Shown: one piece after another, positions 54,242 through 64,000 of the stretch
Numbering within the stretch: position 1 is the first letter of the stretch
Layout: each line of letters starts with the position of its first letter
Virus record (IMG/VR): IMGVR_UViG_3300021121_000001
Coordinates: 1-64,000 of that record
Origin: a virus
Taxonomy: Duplodnaviria; Caudoviricetes
DNA: 64,000 bases
Strand: one strand, 5' to 3'
Program-made: the position numbers and the translations under genes
Notes under the pieces: model-generated
What the model was told of the DNA's origin: nothing
Databases searched by the model: none
Seen by the model: the letters and a program-made list of their open reading frames with translations, nothing else

Positions 54242-57085
54242 TTATTTTTTAAGATTTGGTTTAATTTTTATTTTTTGTTTTTCAAGCTGAATTTTCTTAT
54301 CTGCAAGTTTTTCATCTCTTTTTGCTTTTTCAGCAGAAAGCTTTTCTTGAGACTTATTCTGAGCCTGGATCTGTTCAAGTTTTTTATTTTCAATAGCCAG
54401 CTTATTCTTCATTTCTTTTTCTTTCAGTGCGGCATCCTGTTTCTTAAGCTCATGTTCTGCCTGGAATTTATTCTTTTCAAGTTCATGCTTTCTATGATTA
54501 TTCAATTGATCTGCAAGAAGGGACTGCTGTGCAATTGCTGCCCTTGAATTCATATCTTCTTTTTTAATATCAATTTCTGTTTGTTTTATAAGTTGACCTG
54601 TAGTGTTTTCATCAGGATTGTAAGACCCTTCAGCAGCAATTCCTTTAAGTTTTTCCAGATTGAGTTTGTTATCTCTGTCAAGTTGGTTTTGTTCAGCCTG
54701 AAATTGTCTTTGCTTATCAGCTTCCTGTGCAGCAGCCTGCGTTTGCTGTTGTTGCATTTGCTGCTGCTGTTGCTGCTCTTCTTGTTTTTGTTTTTGCTGT
54801 TGTTTTTCCTGATCTTCCAATTTCTTCTGTATATCTATAAGGCTATCAAGTCTTATTGTTTCTATCAGTTTAGACATAGGCATCATAGACTGGTTATTTT
54901 TAAGAAGCAATTGCTCCACCATTTCTTTCCTTCTAACCTGTTCAGCAGAATTAGTTAAATACACTCCAAAATTTCTTAGGAGTAAATCATCAGATGCTAT
55001 TTTGATAAATGCCTGTCCAAGATCTGAAGTTGTATATTGTTTTACAATATCTCCCTTTCCTTTTGATTCTACATATTGGGAAAGTTCCAAAAGCATTTGA
55101 AGTTTCCTTCTTCTGTAATTTGAAAACTGTTCAAAATATATTTCTGTAATAGCATATGAGTTGTTTATAGCTGCTTGAGTTGTCCCAACTTCAGCAGACT
55201 GCATTACATTTCCTTGTCTTTGTGGAGATATTCCAAGCTGCATAAACCCTTGTTGTTCAACAAGCATTGCAAGATTTATAAGTCTTTGTATCCTGTCAGA
55301 TTCATCCATATCCATCACCTTCAAACCATATTGCATGGATTGAGATTGGGCAGAAGTAGAATCATCTACAACAGCAAGACCAAGATTACTTGCAATTGTC
55401 ATAAATTTCTCCTGTGCTTCCTCTCCTCCCCAATCTTTAATATTAGGAAGAAGAGAGGCACCCATAATAAAAAACTTACCATTGTTCTTTTGAGCAACAT
55501 GATATGCCTGATTATAGAAAGCATTTACAAGTACTTGATATGGCTTAAGGAGATCCACTACAGATTGACTTCTTCCATTTCTATTATTGAAAATACTTCC
55601 TATAACGGGAAGTTTACAATCAAATATGAATCTTGGGTCATTTCCCCTGAATTGAAATTCCATAGGGCGAATATCTATATAGATGGCATTCCTATCTTCA
55701 GAAGTTTGCATCTTTTGATAGTTGACATTTATCTTTATCCCTTGCCAAACTTCTGTTATCCAAGTCCAAGTAATTGTATTTGGTTCATCTGCATCTTTAA
55801 AAGATTCCTTTAAGACTTCAACACCAAATATCTTTGGATCAAAGAATTCATCAACTATTTTAGTTATAATTTCCCCAGTTTCAGGATTTTGCAAATTCAC
55901 TTTTCCAATCTTTCTTTGGGATTTCCAATAAGCTTGAGTAACTTGTACAATGTCTGCCTGAGTGAATATATAATTTGTTCCATCTGTTCCAGGATAAAAC
56001 CCAAACTGAGGAATACCATAAGGAGATGCAGATATATTGCTTTCTCCTACAGCCTGTCCAACCCCTGTAACCAATGTATCATATTCCCTGTAGTCACCAA
56101 AAGGATATAAAGTTGCATTGAATGCTTCTTTATATACTGAACCCTGAGATTCTCCTTTTTGATATTCTGGGTAGAGGGCTTCTATTTGATCCCTTGTCAT
56201 TCTCCATCCAAAATAATCTAAAATTTCTGTTTTAGACATATATAAGATCCTTCCACAATATGCAAGATCTTCTACATTTTTATTTTGCGTATTATATTGG
56301 TAGAATACAGTGAGAGGATTCCAGGTTTCAATAGCATACCCGGAATTGGTTAAATAAACATGTGAGAATGATCTATCCACCACACACATGTCATAAAATT
56401 CATTTATGTCTTGTTCTTTTACTCTAAATCTTTCCAGGTCATCAGAAAGAGTGGCTTGTCCCCAATGTTCAGCAGCACTTCTGAAATCATATGTAAGGTA
56501 TTTTTCTATTGATTGAGGTGTCAGTTCCTGATACTTTTCCTCTATTGCTTTTTTATAATCAGCTTCTTCCTGCTGATCTTTAAAATCATGTTTATTAACA
56601 TCAATGCCTTGACTGGCAAGTTTTTTTGTAATTTCCTGATTTATATTTTCTTTAAGATATGACCATACAAGGTCAGATTTAATTCTTAGTTTCTCATTTG
56701 ATGTTTCTGTATCTTTTGCAACAACTCTTACAAGATCAGGTCTTTTTATGAATTCTCCTACGAGAAGTTTTACAGCTTTTGTTGTTACATCGTAATGTTT
56801 CAGGAAAGAGGGGAGTTTCATTTCCTGATATATCATAGTGGAAAGATCATATGCGTCAAAACTATCAATATAGTCTTCCACATTGAATCTTCCTTGCATT
56901 ATTTCATAATTCTTTCTTAGTTCTATATTGTTATAAAATGAATATCTTCCTACAGATTCAAGAGCATCCATGCTGTCTTTCATCCATTTGGTATATCCAT
57001 TTTTATCTTTTTCCTTTTTAAATTTAACGTCATAACTAACTTGCTGGGAAGGAAGAGAGCTATTTACCGGGCGATTATATAACAT
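54242..57085 (-). CDS. Portal protein (947 aa) with poly-Q coiled-coil C-terminus
   Basis: Follows TerL; LPSQ, KHYD...LLVGE..KRP, S.VDLLKPYQ..N and GISPQRQG motifs. Confidence 0.9.
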   Translation of the reverse strand: MLYNRPVNSSLPSQQVSYDVKFKKEKDKNGYTKWMKDSMDALESVGRYSFYNNIELRKNYEIMQGRFNVEDYIDSFDAYDLSTMIYQEMKLPSFLKHYDVTTKAVKLLVGEFIKRPDLVRVVAKDTETSNEKLRIKSDLVWSYLKENINQEITKKLASQGIDVNKHDFKDQQEEADYKKAIEEKYQELTPQSIEKYLTYDFRSAAEHWGQATLSDDLERFRVKEQDINEFYDMCVVDRSFSHVYLTNSGYAIETWNPLTVFYQYNTQNKNVEDLAYCGRILYMSKTEILDYFGWRMTRDQIEALYPEYQKGESQGSVYKEAFNATLYPFGDYREYDTLVTGVGQAVGESNISASPYGIPQFGFYPGTDGTNYIFTQADIVQVTQAYWKSQRKIGKVNLQNPETGEIITKIVDEFFDPKIFGVEVLKESFKDADEPNTITWTWITEVWQGIKINVNYQKMQTSEDRNAIYIDIRPMEFQFRGNDPRFIFDCKLPVIGSIFNNRNGRSQSVVDLLKPYQVLVNAFYNQAYHVAQKNNGKFFIMGASLLPNIKDWGGEEAQEKFMTIASNLGLAVVDDSTSAQSQSMQYGLKVMDMDESDRIQRLINLAMLVEQQGFMQLGISPQRQGNVMQSAEVGTTQAAINNSYAITEIYFEQFSNYRRRKLQMLLELSQYVESKGKGDIVKQYTTSDLGQAFIKIASDDLLLRNFGVYLTNSAEQVRRKEMVEQLLLKNNQSMMPMSKLIETIRLDSLIDIQKKLEDQEKQQQKQKQEEQQQQQQMQQQQTQAAAQEADKQRQFQAEQNQLDRDNKLNLEKLKGIAAEGSYNPDENTTGQLIKQTEIDIKKEDMNSRAAIAQQSLLADQLNNHRKHELEKNKFQAEHELKKQDAALKEKEMKNKLAIENKKLEQIQAQNKSQEKLSAEKAKRDEKLADKKIQLEKQKIKIKPNLKK

Positions 57086-57179
57086 GTCTTTATTATATTT
57101 ACTTTATATAACTCTATTTTAATCAAAAAAAAGTAATAAATAAAACTTATAATTGATTTCAGTTAAAACTATTATAAAT

Positions 57180-59240
57180 TTATTTTCTCATCCATCTTGG
57201 AAGTTTGTTGGTTTTATCTTGAAAATCAAAAACATTTGTTTTCTTTTCCAAGTTTCCAAAAGGAGTTTTGAATATTTTTCTTGCTTCTCTTTGAATATTT
57301 GTATTGTTTGTAGGAATAGAATTAGCAAGAGGATATTTTATATCATAGTATTTGGCAAGTGTAATAGCACATCCAAATGATATTATCGAGTCATAGTTTC
57401 CATTATGCACCCCTTTTCCGGATATTTTTCCTTTATAATTTTTCATTTCTTCCAATAGCATGGGATCTTTTATTCTGCTAACCCCTAATGTTATTTCTTC
57501 TTCTCCATCTTCTGTAACACTTATAAGTTCCTCATTGGAATATTCCACCATTGCATCCATATAATGTCTTTGATTAGTTGTAGTTGCAGGAAGTCCTTTC
57601 TTACCCTTAAAGGAGGATTTTTTACTTATTTCTGTCACCATATCAAAAGAGTTTGCAAGGAAAAATCCTTTTCTTTTCATGAAGAAATATTGAAAGATGG
57701 AATTTTCAGAAGCCTCTGGAAGAACTCCTTCTGTTGCTCCATAGTATTCTGCAACAAGTAAAGCAAGTTCATGGGCTTCAGAAAGTTCTTTTGGTCTTCC
57801 TCTATATGATGCAACAATGCAATTCTTGTATTGATCCAAAGGAGAAATCATTCTTTTAAACACTGTAATTGTAAAAAGGGAAACAACGCTATCATTAGAA
57901 TCATTATTGTTAATTGGGTCAATACCAATACAATAAGTAAATTTAGGAGCTTCCTGTATAGGGTGTTCAAAAATAAGAACGGGAGCATCTTTATTATCTT
58001 GGGGTTTTACTGGAAATTTGGATATTGGTTTTTTATCTGAAAATTTCCATGCAACTTTTCCATTTATATCTCTATAAAAATCCACATAGGTAGGTTCATA
58101 ATAATTTTTTATCCATTCTTGTTGTTGTTTAATAGCATCTAAAGGAAATTTATTATTTGATTCTGTCAAGAATAGCTCAAATCTATTCTTTGGATGATAC
58201 ATTGTTAATTTAAGAAGATTGGTGGTGTCATTTGAATTAGAAGCCACAAGTCTTTCAGCATCAATCATTTTTTCTGCTCTTTCTAAATTTGTAACCTTGA
58301 TATTTATTTTAGAAAGGTTTTCACATTCAGGTTTATCCAAATAGACAGAAAGAGGAACATCATCTTTTGGAAAATCATGTGCAAAATGTCCTGAAATAAA
58401 AACAGATGTCTTCTTTTCAGGTTCATCGGGAACATTCACAGCAAGAAAATTATAAGAATCTGGATCTTCAAATACTGTTCTGGCATCATTGGCTTTATTC
58501 ATATCTCCTGATGTTCCAAATGCAAGAGGAGAACATCTCCATCCATAAGGAGTGGCAAAACCTGGAATAGCTCCTGAAAAAGCAGCAAGCCAATCCCCCT
58601 TTCCTATCTCATCTATCACCATAGAGAATGGAGAAAGACCTGCAAGTGCTTCTGTATTCTTACCTCCATCTAAGTTTCTTATAGGAATAGAACTCCAGGG
58701 AATTCTTTCTCCTGATAATGTTTTTTTACCAAATGTAACCTGCTTTGTCCATTTGTCTTCAATTCTACCATGTTTAAAAGCATGGGGTAGTCCTCCCAAA
58801 GCTTCTTCACACAAATCTGTTATAACTTTAATATCTGGCTCATTAAGTCCTGCTATTACATTCTGAGTACCCTTGTAGAATGTTGCCCTGTGTGTTATAT
58901 AAGAAGCTTCATATACAGATTTAGCCAAACGCCTTGATCCTAATATACAAAGTCCTTTTTTTTCCTGTTCTGCTTTTCTAATATAGGAATCTATAAGCCA
59001 TTCATTATCTCTTAAATAAGGGTTGGCAAGTTTTCTAATCACTCTCCCATCCTCAAGAATGTCAAGCTGACATTTAAAAAAATTAAGATGGTAGTAGAGA
59101 AACCCTGAAATATATACACCATCTATATAAAGTCCATTTTTACATTTGTCCCTTTCAAGTTTCCAAAAAGCAGAAAACTCCTGAGAGTTAACGTCAGGAG
59201 TGTACTTTTGGTTTAGAATAAGTTCAGTTGAATTAATCAT
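57180..59240 (-). CDS. terL: Terminase large subunit
   Basis: PYLRDNEW; Walker A-like GSRRLAKS; Walker B VIDEIGK; RNase H-like IGIDP...GNYDSIIS. Confidence 0.92.
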   Translation of the reverse strand: MINSTELILNQKYTPDVNSQEFSAFWKLERDKCKNGLYIDGVYISGFLYYHLNFFKCQLDILEDGRVIRKLANPYLRDNEWLIDSYIRKAEQEKKGLCILGSRRLAKSVYEASYITHRATFYKGTQNVIAGLNEPDIKVITDLCEEALGGLPHAFKHGRIEDKWTKQVTFGKKTLSGERIPWSSIPIRNLDGGKNTEALAGLSPFSMVIDEIGKGDWLAAFSGAIPGFATPYGWRCSPLAFGTSGDMNKANDARTVFEDPDSYNFLAVNVPDEPEKKTSVFISGHFAHDFPKDDVPLSVYLDKPECENLSKINIKVTNLERAEKMIDAERLVASNSNDTTNLLKLTMYHPKNRFELFLTESNNKFPLDAIKQQQEWIKNYYEPTYVDFYRDINGKVAWKFSDKKPISKFPVKPQDNKDAPVLIFEHPIQEAPKFTYCIGIDPINNNDSNDSVVSLFTITVFKRMISPLDQYKNCIVASYRGRPKELSEAHELALLVAEYYGATEGVLPEASENSIFQYFFMKRKGFFLANSFDMVTEISKKSSFKGKKGLPATTTNQRHYMDAMVEYSNEELISVTEDGEEEITLGVSRIKDPMLLEEMKNYKGKISGKGVHNGNYDSIISFGCAITLAKYYDIKYPLANSIPTNNTNIQREARKIFKTPFGNLEKKTNVFDFQDKTNKLPRWMRK

Positions 59241-59547
59241 CTAATATATTTTTATTATCAAAGCCTTTTCTCATATCTTCCTTTTTAGCTTCTTGTTCCC
59301 TCAATTGTGAAATGGCAGTTATTATTTCTGTATAGTCCTTTAAAGCTTTACCAAGATCAGCTCTTTGCTGTTCCACTGTAGCAGCTATCATGTGAACCAC
59401 TCCTCCTTTTGCAGTTTGTTTTAGAAAATCCCTGTCTTTAAGTTTATCAAGGGGTCTTTTATCTATATACTCTTTCAATTCCTGAGATCTTTGTTCAAGC
59501 CATTCAAGTTCAAAATCTATATATGTATTCTTTTTTGTTTTACTCAT
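59233..59547 (-). CDS. Helical protein overlapping the terL start (terminase small subunit candidate)
   Basis: Position and size only. Confidence 0.35.
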   Translation of the reverse strand: MSKTKKNTYIDFELEWLEQRSQELKEYIDKRPLDKLKDRDFLKQTAKGGVVHMIAATVEQQRADLGKALKDYTEIITAISQLREQEAKKEDMRKGFDNKNILDD

Positions 59548-59879
59548 TTTTTCAAATCTATATAGTCATAGTAAATCTTTTTAAAATCTGTAAAAGACAC
59601 CAACAGAATAAAATCATACTCATTAGGAAATGCTATAAAAGTTCCCTCTATAAAATTATCTTCCTGATATATTTCCACTTTATTAGGCATAAAATAAAGA
59701 GGCTCACCAAGAGATTTTAGATTCATAACCACTTTCATTGGTTCCCCATAAACTTTTTCATCTATCTGAATACCAAGTTTTTCTGTAAGACTTTCTTCTG
59801 AATTTGGAGAATTTTTAATCGCATAAACGTAACATTCTATTACATTTGCTTCTTTTATAAACTTATGACTGTATTGCAT
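59544..59879 (-). CDS. Hypothetical protein
   Basis: Tightly packed co-oriented ORF. Confidence 0.6.
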   Translation of the reverse strand: MQYSHKFIKEANVIECYVYAIKNSPNSEESLTEKLGIQIDEKVYGEPMKVVMNLKSLGEPLYFMPNKVEIYQEDNFIEGTFIAFPNEYDFILLVSFTDFKKIYYDYIDLKK

Positions 59880-60213
59880 CTTTTTTGTAGTTATTTATAA
59901 ATTCTTTAATTTTTTTAATTTCATCACTGTCTGTAACGGAACTTGGTTTTTGAACTTCTTTCACAAGGGAATAATAAGTGTTTATTTCTGAAGGAAGTTC
60001 ATCTAAAGATCCTGAAGCAACTTCCAGAAATATGTCTATTGTGTTAAACAGGGATATGTTCAACTCCTGAAGTTTTATAACTTTTAGTCCTAAATTTATT
60101 TTATTAGCTCTATCTACATTGTCAGAACCAGGCAGCGTACTATTTAATTCTTTCTCTGAGGCTACGATCTGAGTGTAAATAGAGCTAATCTTTTCTATTA
60201 ATTTAGTCTTCAT
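59863..60213 (-). CDS. Hypothetical protein (probable start MKTKLIEK)
   Basis: Tightly packed co-oriented ORF. Confidence 0.6.
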   Translation of the reverse strand: MKTKLIEKISSIYTQIVASEKELNSTLPGSDNVDRANKINLGLKVIKLQELNISLFNTIDIFLEVASGSLDELPSEINTYYSLVKEVQKPSSVTDSDEIKKIKEFINNYKKDAIQS

Positions 60214-60421
60214 CTTCAAGTCCATTTTCAATTTTATAAATCTCTTTTTCCACTACACCAAGAAGCTCATTATCCTTCCATCTGAAGGGATGTACTTCAT
60301 GTCCTATTGGGGAAACCAGATAGCTGAGTATTGCAGCTACAGATTCTTTCTGATTCAGCTCTATAAGAAAAGCTAATTTCTGTACAAGGATTGCCCTTTT
60401 TTGATATTCTTCTTTTTTCAT
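60203..60421 (-). CDS. Hypothetical protein
   Basis: ATGA overlap with the upstream gene. Confidence 0.6.
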   Translation of the reverse strand: MKKEEYQKRAILVQKLAFLIELNQKESVAAILSYLVSPIGHEVHPFRWKDNELLGVVEKEIYKIENGLEDED

Positions 60422-60792
60422 TTTTTAGATTTCCATTTTAGTTCCTGAGGGTTTTCAGGGTTTGATATATTCCAGCTTTCCATTCCACAATCAGAAGAAA
60501 GGGAAGCAGTTTTCTTTTCTATGGGACATGAACAAATGGAACAATGAAAATCATCCCTATCTGTTTTATAATTTTGTTTATAAAGATCAAAATATTCTTT
60601 TGATGTCTGTGCATTTTTTGAATTGAATGGACAGGTTTCACAAATACCCCTCCTGGTAATTATTTCCTGCATTTCCTCTTCCATTAGATTCTCATAATGG
60701 AGTTTTATGGAATTAACCCACCCTTCTATTACTTTGTCTGCGTTTGCTATTCCTTTTGGAATAAGTTTCAAGTATTCTAAATATTTGCTCAT
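60418..60792 (-). CDS. Zinc-finger-like Cys protein (DUF6171-like)
   Basis: RR.IC..CP...C..C.C...K......C...KW pattern. Confidence 0.6.
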   Translation of the reverse strand: MSKYLEYLKLIPKGIANADKVIEGWVNSIKLHYENLMEEEMQEIITRRGICETCPFNSKNAQTSKEYFDLYKQNYKTDRDDFHCSICSCPIEKKTASLSSDCGMESWNISNPENPQELKWKSKK

Positions 60793-61229
60793 AGTATTGC
60801 TTTATCTCCGTATTTTTTAATTTTCTTTTGTTTCCAGATCTCATTATTGTAATTCACTTGTTTTTTTATCTCATCAACTTGCTTCCAAAGAATCCTGAAT
60901 TTTTTAAGATAGTGTTGATGTATACTATATGCCCTAGTATCCGGAATAAGATAGGTGTCCTTATATTTTATCCTAAACCCTCTTATTTTATTAACCATTT
61001 TCCTTAAAAAGGATTTAGATTTTCCATACCTAAGACTGTATGTTCCAAGACCTGGGGCATATATATGTGGACTTGTAGAATTTACTAATTGTCTCTTCCA
61101 TTCTTTCCAATATTCATCTGTAATAACAAATAAAATATCCATAGGGTCTATTTTGTCAATGGATTCCTTAACAGGATTATCAGGATGTTCAAATATCTGA
61201 CTGTTCAATATAGCTTGATTACCTCTCAT
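60789..61229 (-). CDS. HU/IHF-like basic protein
   Basis: IYAPGLGTYSLR resembles the HU/IHF I.GFG.F strand; basic. Confidence 0.45.
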   Translation of the reverse strand: MRGNQAILNSQIFEHPDNPVKESIDKIDPMDILFVITDEYWKEWKRQLVNSTSPHIYAPGLGTYSLRYGKSKSFLRKMVNKIRGFRIKYKDTYLIPDTRAYSIHQHYLKKFRILWKQVDEIKKQVNYNNEIWKQKKIKKYGDKAIL

Positions 61230-61579
61230 TTTTTTATAAGTATTTCTATTTTAATTATATCAAGATCATCTACAGAAATATTAAAATCTGAAGCAAGCTC
61301 CTCTCCAAAATTATTTTTGGTTATGATCCCATACTTCCTGAAAGAATGCACAAGGTTAGCAACAGAACTTTTGTTCTTGAGCAGCTTAGTTGTAATCAGT
61401 CCTTCCCTTGAAACTTTAGAATATCCATTAACTACAAAATATGTAAGGGCATGGAGTTCTGTTTCAGACAAAGACAAATTCTTTGTAATAACTATAACCT
61501 TGACAAGCAGCTTTGCCATGTCAAAGGTGTTCTTTGTATTTATGTCGTCAATCTTTATCTTGATTCCCTTCATCTTCAT
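61226..61579 (-). CDS. Winged-HTH-like DNA-binding protein
   Basis: LSETELHAL...KSSVANLVHSFRKYGIITK. Confidence 0.55.
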   Translation of the reverse strand: MKMKGIKIKIDDINTKNTFDMAKLLVKVIVITKNLSLSETELHALTYFVVNGYSKVSREGLITTKLLKNKSSVANLVHSFRKYGIITKNNFGEELASDFNISVDDLDIIKIEILIKK

Positions 61580-61736
61580 TATAATTAAAATCTTCTTCCC
61601 AAATAAAAATCACTTCAGGAAAGAGGTTTTTTACCTCTTCCTGGTAAGGCTGTAAATCATAATCATTTACAATAACAGAATTTGTTTCCTCGTCAAAAGG
61701 AATATTCTTACTTATCAGATATTCTTTAAATGTCAT
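61548..61736 (-). CDS. Hypothetical protein (probable start MTFKEY)
   Basis: ATGA overlap with the upstream stop. Confidence 0.55.
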   Translation of the reverse strand: MTFKEYLISKNIPFDEETNSVIVNDYDLQPYQEEVKNLFPEVIFIWEEDFNYNEDEGNQDKD

Positions 61737-61936
61737 AGTTTTTTTATTTCTTCTAATATAATTTCCCAATTGTCTATATTCTGGAATGGTGTATCCATAT
61801 CATAAGAAGCATAAAGTCTTCCAAGCATATATGCTTTTTTAGAAACATCATCCTTAAACCAATCAATCATTGGTTCGTTGTTCTTTTGATCAACAAATCC
61901 TTTTACATATAAAGACTGCAAAATATTATTTTCCAT
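61733..61936 (-). CDS. Hypothetical protein (probable start MENNIL)
   Basis: Overlaps the phoH end. Confidence 0.55.
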   Translation of the reverse strand: MENNILQSLYVKGFVDQKNNEPMIDWFKDDVSKKAYMLGRLYASYDMDTPFQNIDNWEIILEEIKKL

Positions 61937-63644
61937 ACTCATAATCAAGTATTTTACCCACCAGATCTGACCTGTGGTTCTCTTTTAACTTCACCCATTT
62001 AATTTCTTCAAATTTCTTTGACAATTCTATTGCATAGGAAAGCCCTGTAAAATGTTCTTTTGTATCCTGTTGTTCATTATCCCCATTAATAACTATCTTT
62101 CCTGTTTTGCCAAGTCTTGTAAGAATAGCCAGCATTTCTGCTTTTGTAAGGTTCTGAGCCTCCTCCACTATAAGTATATCCTCTATTGTCTTACCTCTGA
62201 TGAACTGTACAGGAAGTGCATCTATATGTTTCTTATCCACCAGCTCATCTATCTTAACCTTATCATAGCACTTGTAGAGATTCTCTATCAAGGCTTCCAT
62301 ATAAGGATTGAATTTATCATCCAGTCCACCAGGTAAGTAGCCTAGTGTTCTGCCTACCTCAATAGCTGACCTTGTAACCATTATCTTGTCACACATCTTC
62401 TTATTAAGAAAGTCCAAAGCAGTGACAGCACCCACGAGAGATTTGCCGGAATTGTGTGTAACTGTAAAATCTTCCAACAAAAACAAATGATCTCCGTCTA
62501 ACTCAAATCCAAAATATTCGTCAACTATGTCTTTTTCCACCTTTATACCTGTATGACTTCTATTCTTAAAATTTGAACCTATTTCATTCTTTTTCCTTTC
62601 TATTTTTAAAGGTAAAAGGTCTGTAGGAGTTATAGAAATTCTATAAACATTGCAAGAATAAACAGAACCATCTTTTCTTTTCATCGTGGCTGTTTTTGGT
62701 CTTATATTTGTTTTATACCCAAGGGATCTGGAAATAAAAACAATACCTTCTGACAATTCTTTTGATTTTAGAGTGAGTTCATAATATTTTCCACGTTTTA
62801 CATAATGTCCATCACTATCCAATAGACCTGAAAGTAAGGCTATTCTATTCTTCTTAGAATTATAAATATATTTTTCGGGAATGTATTTATTTTTCAGTTT
62901 AGATACATTTGTTATATTATAGAGTTTTTTAAACTCCTCATTGGAATTAAATTCTTTTTCGGGAATAACATATTTAAAATTGCCGCGATTAACAGCCCCT
63001 AAAGACTCTAAATAGACAATAATTTCCGGATCTGCTGCTGTTATTGTTTTTAAAGAGTCTGTACTGCCATCTCCCAACCAAAGTCCAAAATAGTAAGGAT
63101 CTATAATTAAAGGTTGCTGTTCAAATTCAATACAACCTGAAATATACCCTTTTAATTGTTTTTCTACAAGAGATGTGCCTTTTAATTTAAGGTAATCTTT
63201 GATTGAAATATTATATACCACCTCTTGTTTTTCATGTATAGGGTTTTGTGAAAGATCTAGTTTTCTTTTATTATTTTCTGTTATTTTTGGATATTTAGCC
63301 GGAATAACTCTTTTTAAAGATAGTATATGAGATTCATTTACTCTATAATCAATTCCTTTATTTTGCTTAACCCAGTACATTTGTTCAACACCTCTTTTAA
63401 GGTTTAGTACACTTCTAGGAGTGCTATCCACCCCCATTAATTGATCCCCAACTAAAATATTCTGAACCTCCTTAAAAGTACCATCGTACATAAGAACTTT
63501 AGTGCCTTTACTAAGACATCCTGCCCTTCCTGTAATGATAACTATCTGATTCTCTATAATAAGCCTTTTGGCTTCTTTCTGTTCCTCATTAAGTGTAATA
63601 AGATACTTGATCTCATTCTTTCTTTCTCTGTTTGGCTCTTTCAT
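61926..63644 (-). CDS. phoH: PhoH-family ATPase interrupted by an intein (probable start 63644)
   Basis: After splicing, Walker A reads ITGRAG|SGKS; LGYLPG, FIRGKT, IVEEAQN, LTRLG, NGD..Q.D and HRS motifs. Confidence 0.92.
   Translation of the reverse strand: MKEPNRERKNEIKYLITLNEEQKEAKRLIIENQIVIITGRAGCLSKGTKVLMYDGTFKEVQNILVGDQLMGVDSTPRSVLNLKRGVEQMYWVKQNKGIDYRVNESHILSLKRVIPAKYPKITENNKRKLDLSQNPIHEKQEVVYNISIKDYLKLKGTSLVEKQLKGYISGCIEFEQQPLIIDPYYFGLWLGDGSTDSLKTITAADPEIIVYLESLGAVNRGNFKYVIPEKEFNSNEEFKKLYNITNVSKLKNKYIPEKYIYNSKKNRIALLSGLLDSDGHYVKRGKYYELTLKSKELSEGIVFISRSLGYKTNIRPKTATMKRKDGSVYSCNVYRISITPTDLLPLKIERKKNEIGSNFKNRSHTGIKVEKDIVDEYFGFELDGDHLFLLEDFTVTHNSGKSLVGAVTALDFLNKKMCDKIMVTRSAIEVGRTLGYLPGGLDDKFNPYMEALIENLYKCYDKVKIDELVDKKHIDALPVQFIRGKTIEDILIVEEAQNLTKAEMLAILTRLGKTGKIVINGDNEQQDTKEHFTGLSYAIELSKKFEEIKWVKLKENHRSDLVGKILDYEYGK
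62451..63518 (-). mobile_element. Intein with LAGLIDADG homing endonuclease (356 aa)
   Basis: Begins CLSKGT, block B NESHIL, LGDGS and GLLDSDG motifs, ends FTVTHN; +1 residue is Ser. Confidence 0.95.
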
Positions 63645-63649
63645 AATTA

Positions 63650-63681
63650 CAAATATGTACAATAAATTCGACACTTCCAAA
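63650..63681 (-). promoter_or_regulatory. Bacteroidota-type promoter for the phoH operon (TTTG-N20-CATATTTG)
   Basis: Correct spacing, ending 5 nt before the 63644 ATG; the track's extra N-terminal residues are simply this promoter translated. Confidence 0.7.
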
Positions 63682-64000
63682 TATATGTTAAACATTTTAA
63701 CATATTTGTTAAAACATAGCCCCTTCTAATTAATTTCTAATTTAATATCCCCCTCCCTGTTTATTATTCTCAATTTAATAAATTCAATTTTTAAATATTT
63801 TTTGTGTGTTTTAATATGTTAAGCCCGTTATTTGAGACACCCCATATAGATTTTGAAAGTGGTGTTATGCCCCCACATGGAAGCAAGAAGGAGAAAACAA
63901 CAAACAGCCAGATCTGACACCTGTTGTCTTAATGTTGATAGATATAGCATTTAAACCTACAAGCCTAGCCTTGTGTTACTTTTTGGGTTTAGATTTAGGG

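Noticed and set aside
54730-54810. CTG/TTG repeat as a phase-variation tract
   Set aside because: Imperfect in-frame poly-Gln coding sequence of the portal coiled coil.
57180-59240. Intein or intron in terL
   Set aside because: Length and motif spacing are normal; no splicing motifs.
135-62336. Numerous + strand ORFs and short nested minus-strand ORFs in the track
   Set aside because: They are antisense or off-frame shadows of long minus-strand genes, with Ser/Phe/Leu-rich composition and no motifs.
19900-63715. ATTTGTTAAA and TTAACTGAAAT as late-promoter motifs
   Set aside because: Few copies, inconsistent orientation or also present in coding DNA; expected by chance in AT-rich sequence.
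1-64000. Stop-codon reassignment as seen in some crAss-like phages
   Set aside because: Genes are full-length and tightly packed under the standard code; no suppressor tRNA seen.

Overview
Virion-morphogenesis half of a crAss-like (Crassvirales-type) phage of a Bacteroidota host. The window is very AT-rich and CpG-poor, uses the standard genetic code, and all real genes are on the minus strand. Order, right to left: intein-split PhoH; small HTH, HU-like and Cys-rich genes; terminase large subunit; portal; scaffold; major capsid protein; vertex, ring and auxiliary capsid genes; Cys-rich fibre and hub genes; lysis cassette (candidate u-spanin, GH24 lysozyme, holins); beta-helix spike; an accessory cassette (basic micro-proteins, divergent structured sRNA, DUF559 nuclease, metallophosphoesterase); ring, IHF-like and muzzle tail genes; then the ejected cargo genes. 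The cargo block includes a 4238-aa zincin + two-barrel virion RNA polymerase and a >1836-aa polyvalent protein missing from the ORF track. Main observations: (i) 3'-UTR segments complementary to translation-initiation regions of distant structural genes; (ii) a promoter- and terminator-bounded structured sRNA; (iii) a [YFA]xxGG/AQxG motif separating small modules in several proteins; (iv) a split zincin and a pseudo-histidine-phosphatase in the giant cargo protein; (v) two unannotated micro-proteins. All family assignments come from motif recognition and synteny; no database search was run.
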